Assembly (NCBI GenBank): GCA_902793515.1
Contig: CADBDO010000001.1
Span: 1 to 48,802, forward strand
From: an uncultured Erysipelotrichaceae bacterium
GTDB lineage: Bacteria; Bacillota_I; Bacilli_A; RFN20; CAG-826
DNA length: 48,802 nucleotides
Direction of reading: 5' to 3'
Below the pieces are notes generated by a model. It was not told the origin of the DNA. It made no database searches and saw only the letters and a list, made by a program, of their open reading frames with translations. A program made the position numbers and the translations under genes. Shown in pieces: positions 1 through 8,995 of the stretch (the stretch's first letter is position 1; every line of letters starts with the position of its first letter).

Positions 1-627
1 CTCATTTGAGCCGCCGCCGCGTGCGATGATTAAAATATCGATTTCAGTCGTTTCCGCTCTCCTGAGGGCCTTTAAGAGCTCTTTTGGGGCATCCTTGCCT
101 TGGACGAGCGATGGAAAAACGAGAATTTCGCACAATGGCCAGCGTCTGGAGATGTTTTTGATGAGGTCGGCCTCTGCTGCGCTCTTATCCCCTACGATCA
201 AACCGATGCTCTTTGGGAACTCTGGGATCGGTTTCTTATGCGAAATATCGAATAAGCCTTCAGCCTGAAGCTTCTTCTTAAGGGCTTCGAGGGCAAGCAA
301 AGCAGCCCCTTGTCCGAACTTTTCTAGGGTTTTAACGGTGAAGTTATAGCGACCTCTGCCGACATATACGCTCACAGAGCCTAAGGCAATAACTTCGTCT
401 CCGTTTTTAGGTTCAAATGGTAAGTATAGGTAGTTGTCACCCCAAAGAATGCATGGAATCACACTTTTCTTCTCGTCGACGAGATCAAAGAAAAAGCCGG
501 AGTTATAGCTTTTCCAATTGCTAATCTCCCCTTTAACGTAAACGTTATGTAATTCCTCATCGCCATCTATCTTGGATTTGATGAGGGTGTTAAGAGCTGT
601 GACGCTAAAATACTTATTCTGTTCCAT
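1..627 (-). CDS. xseA: Exodeoxyribonuclease VII large subunit, N-terminal ~209 codons (continues beyond left edge)
   Basis: Absent from the ORF track because no stop lies in the window. My minus-strand translation from ATG 627..625 reads MEQNKYFSVTALNTLIKSKIDG..VYVKGEISNWKSYNSGFFFDLVDEK..LKKKLQAEGLFD..IIARGGGSNE, an XseA-like OB-fold plus core pattern. The ATG overlaps the nusB TAA by 1 nt (TAATG). Confidence 0.8.
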   Translation of the reverse strand, partial: MEQNKYFSVTALNTLIKSKIDGDEELHNVYVKGEISNWKSYNSGFFFDLVDEKKSVIPCILWGDNYLYLPFEPKNGDEVIALGSVSVYVGRGRYNFTVKTLEKFGQGAALLALEALKKKLQAEGLFDISHKKPIPEFPKSIGLIVGDKSAAEADLIKNISRRWPLCEILVFPSLVQGKDAPKELLKALRRAETTEIDILIIARGGGSNE

Positions 628-1043
628 TAAGCCAAGACCTTATCCAGAATCGCATTAACGAATTTATAGTCGTTATCGGACAGATATTTCTTGGCCAACT
701 CAACTGAAACGTTGATGATGATGGCTTTATCTGTTTTCTCGACGCTGTAATAAGACTGGCAATAAGCAAGCAAAAGCAAAGCTTGCTCGAGAAGGTTGAG
801 ACGATCGAACGTCCACTTTCTCATGTTCTTCTCAAAAATCGGGATGATCTCTTGGTAATGTTTGACCATGGCCAAAACCATTTCCTTAACAAAAAAGTCA
901 CTATCCGCAAAAGACTTTTCGGTTAAACCGCTGACGATATCCTCGATTGGAGCTGGTAACTTCGCTTGGGAATAAGTCAGGACATCATAAATCGCGAAGA
1001 GCGCGACTTCATGAGCTTTGTTGCGAGATAGTGTTTTTTCCAT
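627..1043 (-). CDS. nusB: Transcription antitermination factor NusB
   Basis: NusB-like helical protein (..AHEVALFAIYDVL..LLEQALLLLAY..) sitting upstream of xseA as in Firmicutes. The ORF-track start at 1052 is TTG; the first ATG at 1043 has a GGAGG 10 nt upstream. Confidence 0.8.
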   Translation of the reverse strand: MEKTLSRNKAHEVALFAIYDVLTYSQAKLPAPIEDIVSGLTEKSFADSDFFVKEMVLAMVKHYQEIIPIFEKNMRKWTFDRLNLLEQALLLLAYCQSYYSVEKTDKAIIINVSVELAKKYLSDNDYKFVNAILDKVLA

Positions 1044-1104
1044 AAAGATCAAGCCTCCTAATAAAGGCGTCTTAGTTTATCACATCTATTGAAAAGGGAA
1101 AGAG

Positions 1105-1141
1105 GAAACAAAAAGGGCGCCTCCATTTTTTGGTAGCGCCC
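1105..1141 (-). terminator. Rho-independent terminator after the Asp23-like gene
   Basis: Minus-strand RNA GGGCGCUACC-AAAAAAU-GGAGGCGCCC followed by UUUUUGUUU. Confidence 0.7.
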
Positions 1142-1167
1142 AATATTACTTATGTAATCTTTCTCGC

Positions 1168-1563
1168 TTACTCGGCCTTGATCTTCTTTTTGGAAGACTT
1201 CTTAGACGGTTTCTCTTTCGAGACGCGAATCTCAACCGAGACAGGGACGGTTTCGCACATCATGGATATGCTATTGGAAACCTCTTCCTGAATCGAAGTG
1301 CAAAGATCTGCGATGGCGGTGATGTTATCTCCCACCACAACGTCCAACATGAAATCCACGCGGCCATCCTTCTTAAAGAAGGCTTTGACCGGACGAACAG
1401 CTGAGATGATGTTGCCAAGGCGGGTAAGCGCTTCTCCGTAGTTATTGATCTTAACGTGTTGGAGATTGTTGCTCGCAATGGTGACGATATTCTCGAAAGC
1501 TTTACGAGAAATACCCATCTTTCCAGCTTGCTGGTAATTGTTGAGGTAGTAGAAATCGCTCAT
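1168..1563 (-). CDS. Asp23/Gls24-family (alkaline shock protein-like) protein with a Lys-rich tail
   Basis: ..GISRKAFENIVTIASNNL..VKINNYGEA.. resembles the Asp23 family. ORF-track position 1593 is TTG and the first ATG is 1563. The C-terminus is KEKPSKKSSKKKIKAE. Confidence 0.6.
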   Translation of the reverse strand: MSDFYYLNNYQQAGKMGISRKAFENIVTIASNNLQHVKINNYGEALTRLGNIISAVRPVKAFFKKDGRVDFMLDVVVGDNITAIADLCTSIQEEVSNSISMMCETVPVSVEIRVSKEKPSKKSSKKKIKAE

Positions 1564-1575
1564 GGGATTATTGTA
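1561..1575 (-). promoter_or_regulatory. Candidate leaderless promoter: TACAAT-N6-ATG (Asp23-like gene)
   Basis: Minus strand reads GTACAATAATCCCATG. The -10 box is at 1570..1575, the ATG at 1563, and there is no SD. Confidence 0.4.
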
Positions 1576-1601
1576 CTTAAAACGTTGACGCAAAGGAAGT
1601 G

Positions 1602-3575
1602 TTACGCGATGAGTTTGGCAATCTTAGCCGCAACTTTCTCAGCGGTGAAGCCACAGACATCCATGACTTGGTCAGCTGGAGCACTGTAGCCGAATTCATC
1701 CTGGGAGATGACGTTATCGGCGTATTTGTACCAGGAGAGTCCGCTTAACATCTCAATAGCAACACGCTTGGCTTTTGGAAGGGTGATGATTGCATCCTTC
1801 TTTTCCTGTGGGAGCTTATCGAAACGCTCGCAGCTTGGCATGGAGATGACGCTGGCTTTGATGCCTTTCTCCTTGAGAAGAGCGGCAGCATCAAGAGCAA
1901 GACCGACTTCACTGCCAGAGGCGATGAGTTCGAGATCGGCGTTCTCTTCCTTCTTTTCGACATAGGCGCCATCGGCAACGGTCTTGAGAGAAGACTTCTC
2001 GAGGTTGCGGAGGTTCTGACGGGAAAGGATGAGACAGACTGGGTGATCTTTGGTTTCGAGGGCTAAACGCCAAGCGGCGAAGCACTCTTTGGTATCGGCT
2101 GGACGGAGAACCTCGACGCCTGGGATGCTTCTAAGGGCAACAAGCTGCTCGATTGGTTCGTGGGTTGGGCCATCTTCGCCAACGGCGATGCTGTCGTGGG
2201 AGAAGAGATAAATGGCTGGTAAATGCTGGATGGCGCTCATACGGATGGCGTTCTTCATGTAGTCGCTGAATACTAAGAAGCAGCCGACATAGGTGGTTAA
2301 ACCACCATGGAGCAAGATGCCGTTCTGGGCAGCAGCCATGGCGAATTCACGAATACCCCAGTTGACGTTCTTGGCGGAACGATGCTCGGCATCGAAGCCT
2401 GGGTCGCCTGGGATAGCGGTCTTGACGCTGGAGGCAACGTCGGCACTTCCACCAAAGGTGAATGGGATGTTGGCAGCGACTTCGACGAGCATACGGCCAC
2501 TGGAATTACGGGTGGCTTCTGGTTTCTCGGCGACGGATGGATCAGCGAACTTGAAGGCAGAGATGTCGCGCTTGAAGGCGGCCTCGAAGACTTTCAACTC
2601 CTCTGGGTGGGCTTTGCCATAGGCGGCATATGCGGCCTTGTAGTCGGCATAAGCTTTGGCACCACGCTTGCCAAGGTTCTCATCGAACTCGGCGTAGGTG
2701 GATTCTGGAACGGTGAATGGAGGGAAATCGAAACCAAGAGCTTTCTTGGTGGCAGCGCCTAATTCCTCTCCTAAAGGAGAACCGTGGGTGGTGTGGCTTC
2801 CGGCTTTTGGAGAACCATAACCGATGACGGTGTTGATAAGGATCATGGTTGGAGCATCAGAATGCTTGCGGGCTTCGGTTAAAGCGGCATCGATCTCATC
2901 GAGGTCGTTGCCATCTTTGACTTCGAGGACATTCCACTGCATGGCTTTGAAGCGAAGGATCTCGTCTTCGGTCATGGAGTTGCTGGTTGGACCATCAAGG
3001 GTGGAAGTGTTCTTATCATAGATAAGGATGAGCTTTCCAAGCTTCTGCATGCCGGCAAGGGAGATGGCTTCCTGGGCAATACCTTCTTCTAAGCAGCCAT
3101 CGCCACAGAGGCAGTAGGTATAGTGATTCATGATCTTCTCGCCTTCAGCGTAGGAAGCACGAATCTTTTCTTCGGCCATAGCCATACCAACGGCTTGGGC
3201 AACGCCCTGTCCTAAAGGACCACCGGTGGCATCAACGCCTTTGGTCCAGCCAAATTCTGGGTGGCCTGGGGTCTTGGAGTTGAGCTGACGGAACTGTTTG
3301 ATGTCGTCAAGGCTGACTTCGTAACCAGCAACGTGGAGCATAGCGTAGAGAAGAGCGCTGTTGTGTCCGCTGGAGAGAACAAAGCGGTCGCGGTTGATCC
3401 ATTCTGGATGTTTTGGATCGGCGACAATGTGGTTCTTATAAAGAACATAGAGGGCTGGAGCGATATCAAGCGCCATGCCTGGGTGGCCGCTGTTGGCCTT
3501 GTTGATCTCGTCGATTACGAGAGCACGGATAGCGCTGACTGCGAGCGCATCCTTTTCATTGAAGTGACTAATCAT
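1602..3575 (-). CDS. tkt: Transketolase
   Basis: 657 aa with SGHPGMALD, GDGCLEEGIAQEA and HDSIAVGEDGPTHEPIEQL motifs. SD AAGGAG sits before the ATG. Confidence 0.95.
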   Translation of the reverse strand: MISHFNEKDALAVSAIRALVIDEINKANSGHPGMALDIAPALYVLYKNHIVADPKHPEWINRDRFVLSSGHNSALLYAMLHVAGYEVSLDDIKQFRQLNSKTPGHPEFGWTKGVDATGGPLGQGVAQAVGMAMAEEKIRASYAEGEKIMNHYTYCLCGDGCLEEGIAQEAISLAGMQKLGKLILIYDKNTSTLDGPTSNSMTEDEILRFKAMQWNVLEVKDGNDLDEIDAALTEARKHSDAPTMILINTVIGYGSPKAGSHTTHGSPLGEELGAATKKALGFDFPPFTVPESTYAEFDENLGKRGAKAYADYKAAYAAYGKAHPEELKVFEAAFKRDISAFKFADPSVAEKPEATRNSSGRMLVEVAANIPFTFGGSADVASSVKTAIPGDPGFDAEHRSAKNVNWGIREFAMAAAQNGILLHGGLTTYVGCFLVFSDYMKNAIRMSAIQHLPAIYLFSHDSIAVGEDGPTHEPIEQLVALRSIPGVEVLRPADTKECFAAWRLALETKDHPVCLILSRQNLRNLEKSSLKTVADGAYVEKKEENADLELIASGSEVGLALDAAALLKEKGIKASVISMPSCERFDKLPQEKKDAIITLPKAKRVAIEMLSGLSWYKYADNVISQDEFGYSAPADQVMDVCGFTAEKVAAKIAKLIA

Positions 3576-3638
3576 GTAATTCTCCTTAGTAGATTTTTAG
3601 TCAATTTATAGTTTCATTAATATTCTAAAGAATATTAT

Positions 3639-5372
3639 TTACTCCTTCTTTAATTCGATACCAACAGTATCGAGTGCCTCTTGGCTAACGCCGGCCGGGG
3701 CTTTGGACATTGGATCCACGGCTTGAAGGTTCTTTGGGAACGCCTCGACATCGCGGATATTGTCAGTTCCAGAAAGGATCATGGACAAGCGGTCAAGGCC
3801 AAGGGCGAATCCACCATGCGGCGGCGCGCCATACTTAAAGGCGTCGATGAACCAGCCGAACTTCTTAGCAACGTCTTCATCAGATAAACCGAGAAGTTTG
3901 AAGATCTTCCACTGGGTATCGTGGTCGTAGATTCTTAAGGTTCCACCACCGGCTTCGTATCCGTTGATGCAGATATCGTAAGCGTAGGCGAGAACTTTTT
4001 CTGGATCGGTATCAAGGTATTGGAGATCCTCATCACGTGGACGGGTGAATGGGTGATGCTCAGCTGTGTACTGATCTTCGGTTCCTTCGATTTTATCGAA
4101 CATTGGGAAGTTGATGACCCAAAGGAGATCGTAGGTGCCTGGCTTGATTAAACCCATTTCTTTGGCGAAGCGGGTTCTTAAGGCGCCAAGGCCGAAGTCA
4201 ACATCACGGCGATATGGCGAGCCAGCGAATAAGACGAGATCGTCCTCGTTGAGGGCTAAGGTCTCGATCAATTCTTTCTGAGCAGCTTCATCCATGAACT
4301 TGGTGAAGGAACCGCTTAAGGCTCCACCGTTGTATTTAAGGGACATAACGCCCTTAAGACCGAACTTTCTGGCCTCGACCTGAAGTTCATCGAGAACCTT
4401 ACGGCTCGTTTCGGTAGCGTGGTTAGGAATGACTATGGCGCGGATGTACTTGGCATCATCGAATCCAGCAAAGCTGGTTTTCTTCATTATGGCGTAGACA
4501 TCTTTTAAGGTTAAGCCATAGCGTGTGTCAGGCTTATCGCTGCCATAAGTGTCCATAGCATCCCAATAATTGAGACGGCGAAGAGGAAGCTGGACGTCAA
4601 AGTTTACGATTTCTTTGAAGTATCTCTGAAGCATTCCTTCGCAAAGGGTAAGGATGTCATCTTGTTCCATGAAAGAACACTCGACGTCGATCTGAGTGAA
4701 CTCAGGCTGACGGTCGGCACGTAAATCCTCGTCACGGAAGCACTTAGCAATTTGGTAATAACGCTCGATTCCACCAATCATAAGCAACTGTTTGAAGAGT
4801 TGCGGAGATTGAGGAAGGGCATAGAAAGAACCGTGGTGAAGACGGGATGGGACGATATAGTCACGCGCGCCTTCCGGAGTGGCCAAGTTAAGGATTGGGG
4901 TCTCCACTTCTAAGAAGCGGTTCTTATCAAGGTATTCGTGAGTAAGCTGGACGATCTTGGCTCTGACGCGGAGACGACGCTGCATCTCTGGGCGGCGAAG
5001 ATCAAGGTAACGATACTGGAGGCGGGTTTCCTCCAAAGCATCGGTCTTATCTGCGATTATGAAAGGCGGGTTCTCGGCCTTGTTAACCACTTTAAGCTCT
5101 TTGACGATGATTTCGATCTCGCCAGTAGGAAGCTTTGGGTTTGGCACCTCTTTCTTCGAAACGGTGCCGGTGACAGAAATGACATACTCGTTTCTGACGT
5201 CAGGGACTTCGACCCCTTCTTTGATCATGAGCTGGACGATACCGGTGTTGTCGCGTAAGTCAATAAACTCGATGGCGCCGAGTCTTCTTCTGGTAGAAAC
5301 CCAGCCAACAAGTTTTACTTCGCGGCCAACGTCAGATAAACGTAGCTCGCCATTGTAATCTGTTCTTTCCAT
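3639..5372 (-). CDS. aspS: Aspartate--tRNA ligase
   Basis: Class II aaRS motifs FRDEDLRADRQPEFTQID and GLDRL plus an OB-fold N-terminus. True start is MERTDYNGELRLS at 5372, preceded by AAGAAAGGAGAAAAA. The longer ORF would overlap hisS. Confidence 0.95.
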   Translation of the reverse strand: MERTDYNGELRLSDVGREVKLVGWVSTRRRLGAIEFIDLRDNTGIVQLMIKEGVEVPDVRNEYVISVTGTVSKKEVPNPKLPTGEIEIIVKELKVVNKAENPPFIIADKTDALEETRLQYRYLDLRRPEMQRRLRVRAKIVQLTHEYLDKNRFLEVETPILNLATPEGARDYIVPSRLHHGSFYALPQSPQLFKQLLMIGGIERYYQIAKCFRDEDLRADRQPEFTQIDVECSFMEQDDILTLCEGMLQRYFKEIVNFDVQLPLRRLNYWDAMDTYGSDKPDTRYGLTLKDVYAIMKKTSFAGFDDAKYIRAIVIPNHATETSRKVLDELQVEARKFGLKGVMSLKYNGGALSGSFTKFMDEAAQKELIETLALNEDDLVLFAGSPYRRDVDFGLGALRTRFAKEMGLIKPGTYDLLWVINFPMFDKIEGTEDQYTAEHHPFTRPRDEDLQYLDTDPEKVLAYAYDICINGYEAGGGTLRIYDHDTQWKIFKLLGLSDEDVAKKFGWFIDAFKYGAPPHGGFALGLDRLSMILSGTDNIRDVEAFPKNLQAVDPMSKAPAGVSQEALDTVGIELKKE

Positions 5373-5385
5373 TTTTTCTCCTTTC

Positions 5386-6699
5386 TTAATGTTCTTCGCA
5401 GCAATGATCGTGATGATGGTGATGTCCTTCATGGAAGACTTTATCGAGCTCTTCCTGAAGGTTCTCTAAAGAGATCTCCTTTTGTTCTTGGGTCTGGAGA
5501 TTCTTGATCTTAAGGATGCCTTTGGCCATTTCTTCTTCGCCGACAATAAGAGCGAACTTGGCTTTTAAGTGTTCGGCTTTCTTGAACATAGCGCCGAACT
5601 TAAGAGCGGCTAACGGGGTCTCGGTTGAATAACCGAATGAGCGGCAAGCCATCGTGATTTCGAAGGCCGAATCGAGGACTTTGTCTCCGACAGGCATGAC
5701 ATAGAGGTCAACGCCTTCTTCGATGTGGTCAAGGAGATGGCTGTCTTCCATAAGGCTATAGACGCGTTCCAAGCCCATGGCAAAGCCAACGCCGGCCAAA
5801 TCTGGTCCGCCAAGACCTTTGATGAGTCCGCCATAGTGACCACCGCCGCAAACTGCGCCGTAGTCTTTGTTTTCTGGGCTGGAAAGGTGAATTTCGAAGA
5901 CGACTTCGCTGTAGTAATCAAGTCCACGGACGAGGTTTTCATCGATTTCGTAATCAACACCCATGGCGTTGATGATGTTTAAGGTTTCATAGAAACGCTT
6001 CTCGCTGGCTTCGCTGAGATAGTCTTTGATTCTTGGAGCGCCTTTGGCGATTTCCTGATCGTGCTCAACTTTGCAATCGAGGATTCGAAGAGGATTGAGC
6101 TTGATACGCTCTTTGCAATCGTCGCACATCTCGTCGAGATGCTCGCTGAAGTATTTGACCAAAGCTTCGCGGTAAGCGGCTCTGGTTTCGTTGTCTCCAA
6201 GGGAGTTGATCTTAACTTTGACGTTCTCAAAGCCAAGCATCTGAAGGGCACTGACAGCTAAGCAAATGCACTCGGCATCGGCTCTTGAGCTATCTAAACC
6301 GACTTCTTCGACACCAAATTGGTGGAATTGGCGGTAACGGCCAAGCTGTGGTCTTTCGTAACGGAAAGCCGGGCCTTGGTAATAAAGTTTGAGAGGCAAA
6401 TCCCCTGCATAAAGCTTGTTTGAGATGATGGCACGCATGACACCAGCAGTGAATTCTGGACGGAGGGTGATGCTGCGGTCACCTTTATCAAGGAATGTAT
6501 ACATTTCCTTGCGAACGATGTCGCTGCCCTCGCCCGTTCCACGAGCAAAGACTTCGGTGTATTCCATCGAAGGGACAATTATCTCCTTATAACCGTATAA
6601 TTCGCAAGCCGCTCCTAAAACGGCCTCGATGTAACGCATGCCGATGGCTTCTTTGCCATAGATGTCGTGTGTACCTTTGACTGGCTGATAATTTGGCAT
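5386..6699 (-). CDS. hisS: Histidine--tRNA ligase with a His/Cys-rich C-terminal tail
   Basis: FRYERPQLGRYRQFHQFGVE and GGGHYGGL motifs. SD AAAGGAAAG. The tail is HEGHHHHHDHCCEEH. Confidence 0.95.
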   Translation of the reverse strand: MPNYQPVKGTHDIYGKEAIGMRYIEAVLGAACELYGYKEIIVPSMEYTEVFARGTGEGSDIVRKEMYTFLDKGDRSITLRPEFTAGVMRAIISNKLYAGDLPLKLYYQGPAFRYERPQLGRYRQFHQFGVEEVGLDSSRADAECICLAVSALQMLGFENVKVKINSLGDNETRAAYREALVKYFSEHLDEMCDDCKERIKLNPLRILDCKVEHDQEIAKGAPRIKDYLSEASEKRFYETLNIINAMGVDYEIDENLVRGLDYYSEVVFEIHLSSPENKDYGAVCGGGHYGGLIKGLGGPDLAGVGFAMGLERVYSLMEDSHLLDHIEEGVDLYVMPVGDKVLDSAFEITMACRSFGYSTETPLAALKFGAMFKKAEHLKAKFALIVGEEEMAKGILKIKNLQTQEQKEISLENLQEELDKVFHEGHHHHHDHCCEEH

Positions 6700-6712
6700 G
6701 TAACTTTCCTTT

Positions 6713-8953
6713 CTATTTCATGACGCGTTCAACGTTGTAAACGCCTTTGATTTCGAGAATGGTTTGGAAGACCTGTAAGATTGTAGCACTATCGCTCACA
6801 TAAATGGTGAGGTTGACTACGTCATTCATCGTTTTTTCCATTAAATGGATCTTTAAGTCGGTGACGAGGACACCTCTCGTTGAGAGGGCGCCCATGATAT
6901 CGACAAGAAGATTCGGACGGTCGTTGGCGTAGATCCTAATAAGCGCCGGGAATTTCGATGTGACGCCTAGATCTGGATTCCAATGAACGTCGATGAGACG
7001 TGGTTTTCCCTTGGAAACGTTCGCACAAGATGTTCTATGGACGACAATTCCTTTTCCGTTCACAACGTAACCGATGATGTCGTCTCCAGGCACAGGCGTG
7101 CAGCACTTCGCCAATGAAATCGCGATATTGTCGACGCCATTGACCAAAACCGGTGTTTTTGAATCGCTTTTTACAACGGAAACAAGGTTTGGCTTGGAAG
7201 TTCTCTTACGCACATGTAAGAAGTCGACGATAGCAAGAGGCGCTGGGTTTCTGTTAGCGACAAGCTCGTAGAGACCATCAAGCGTTTTAACGTTGAAGTG
7301 CTCGAGAGTCTTGGCGTCGCTAAGTAGTTTTTCCATCTCCCCTGGGCCAATATCCTGCTGGGCAAAGGCTTCAAGGCAGCTCTCACGACCTTTGGCGATC
7401 AAATCTTCGCGCATGAAGTCGTTCTTCTTCTGGATGAAGCGCCTGATATGGGATTTGGCAGAAGATGTTTTTGCGATCTCAAGCCAAGAATCATTCGGTC
7501 CTGGCGCATTTTTGGCGGTTCTGATTTCGCAGACATCCCCTGTTTTAAGGACGGTAGACAAGGCAGCATTAGCACCATTGACGACAGCGCCAATCGCACT
7601 TTCAGCAACTTTGGTGTGGATGCGGTAAGCGAAGTCGAGGACGGTCGCACCCGCTGGAAGGTCAATGACCTTTCCTAATGGAGTGAAGACATAAACGTTC
7701 GCATTGAAGACGTCATGTTCCAAGGCCGCGATGTATTCTTTCGCGTCACTGCTCTCGTTTTCGGCGCTCATAGAGACGAAATCACGGAACCAATGAAGTT
7801 TTTCTTCGATGTCGCGCTGTTCTTCTTTGGCGTTATAGTGCTCGCCTTCCTTATATCTCCAGTGCGCAGCAACGCCGCTTTCAGCGACCTCATCCATCTC
7901 TTCGGTCCTGATTTGGACTTCGTAGATGTTGCCGTCACCCGAGACGATTGTCGTATGGAGCGACTGGTAAAGGTTTGGCTTCGGCATGGCGATGTAATCT
8001 TTAAGACGCCCTGGGACCGGTTTGTATGTAGCATGGATGATACCAAGGATGGTATAGCAGTTCATGACGCTGTCTGTGATGATACGGACAGCCAAAATAT
8101 CGTAGAGTTCATCGAAGTTATAGTGCTTCAGATACATCTTGCGGTAAATCGAGTAGATTGACTTGATGCGAGATTCCATGCGGAACTTGATCTTGTTATC
8201 GAAGAGAAGATCGGCGATACGTTTCTGAAGTGCATCGAGCGATCCTTGGCGGTCCGCTTCCCTTGCGTTAAGCAAAGCAAGGATCTCGTTATATTTGGTC
8301 GGCTCTAAATATTTAAGGGATAAGTCTTCCATCTCGCTTTGCATCTTGTAGATACCAAGACGATGGGCGATCGGAGTGAAAACATCGAGGGTTTCTTTAG
8401 AAAGCGCTTGCTGTCTTTCAGGTTTAAGCGCATCAAGGGTGCGTAAGTTATGGAGGCGGTCGGCAAGCTTAACGATGATGACGCGGACATCTTTCGCCAT
8501 ACCAAGGAAGATCTTACGGTGATCTTCAGCTTCGAAATCCTGTTCCGTCCTATGGGAGAGCTTCATGCGCTGAATCTTCGTCAAAGAGTCGACAATAAGC
8601 GCGACGTCAGGCGTGAATTCACGCTCAATGTCCTGAATTTTCGCATCGGTGTCTTCGACAACGTCGTGAAGAAGACCGGCTGCAATCGTCTCAGGACCGC
8701 ACTGGAGAGAGGCTAAGATATAAGCGACTTCGATCGGGTGTTGGATATAAGCTTCACCGCTCTTACGGAAAACACCTTCGTGTTTCTTCGCGGCGAAAAG
8801 ATAGGCTCTTTCGATCATATCCCTATCTTTTGGATTCTTAATATAGGTGAAATAGAGCTCTTTGACATCGTCAAAAGAATGCATAGGATAGCCGCCATTA
8901 GGCAGTAATTTCTTACTATCTTTCGTCATTTTGGGCTCAACTTTGTTATCCAT
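6713..8953 (-). CDS. rel: Bifunctional (p)ppGpp synthetase/hydrolase Rel
   Basis: HD hydrolase domain (HPIEVA..LLHDVVEDT), synthetase region (RIKSIYSIYRKM), and TGS and ACT-like C-terminal parts. ORF-track position 8974 is TTG and the first ATG is 8953. Confidence 0.9.
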   Translation of the reverse strand: MDNKVEPKMTKDSKKLLPNGGYPMHSFDDVKELYFTYIKNPKDRDMIERAYLFAAKKHEGVFRKSGEAYIQHPIEVAYILASLQCGPETIAAGLLHDVVEDTDAKIQDIEREFTPDVALIVDSLTKIQRMKLSHRTEQDFEAEDHRKIFLGMAKDVRVIIVKLADRLHNLRTLDALKPERQQALSKETLDVFTPIAHRLGIYKMQSEMEDLSLKYLEPTKYNEILALLNAREADRQGSLDALQKRIADLLFDNKIKFRMESRIKSIYSIYRKMYLKHYNFDELYDILAVRIITDSVMNCYTILGIIHATYKPVPGRLKDYIAMPKPNLYQSLHTTIVSGDGNIYEVQIRTEEMDEVAESGVAAHWRYKEGEHYNAKEEQRDIEEKLHWFRDFVSMSAENESSDAKEYIAALEHDVFNANVYVFTPLGKVIDLPAGATVLDFAYRIHTKVAESAIGAVVNGANAALSTVLKTGDVCEIRTAKNAPGPNDSWLEIAKTSSAKSHIRRFIQKKNDFMREDLIAKGRESCLEAFAQQDIGPGEMEKLLSDAKTLEHFNVKTLDGLYELVANRNPAPLAIVDFLHVRKRTSKPNLVSVVKSDSKTPVLVNGVDNIAISLAKCCTPVPGDDIIGYVVNGKGIVVHRTSCANVSKGKPRLIDVHWNPDLGVTSKFPALIRIYANDRPNLLVDIMGALSTRGVLVTDLKIHLMEKTMNDVVNLTIYVSDSATILQVFQTILEIKGVYNVERVMK

Positions 8954-8990
8954 AACAAGTTGATTATACTCCAAATGAATAGATTCTAAA
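8951..8990 (-). promoter_or_regulatory. Candidate leaderless promoter: TTTAGA-N16-TATAAT-N9-ATG (rel)
   Basis: Minus strand reads TTTAGAATCTATTCATTTGGAGTATAATCAACTTGTTATG, with the -10 box at 8963..8968 and no SD. Confidence 0.4.
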
Positions 8991-8995
8991 CAAGT

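Noticed and set aside
26-268. An 80-aa plus-strand ORF at the left edge
   Set aside because: The opposite strand over 1..627 translates into a convincing XseA N-terminal region that is missing from the ORF track only because it has no stop in the window.
3611-3622. A 3-codon ORF (ATG AAA CTA TAA) just after the TAGAAT within the tkt-upstream palindrome
   Set aside because: It is too short to evaluate, and its spacing from the -10-like box (4 nt) does not match the 6-9 nt pattern seen elsewhere. It is probably fortuitous.
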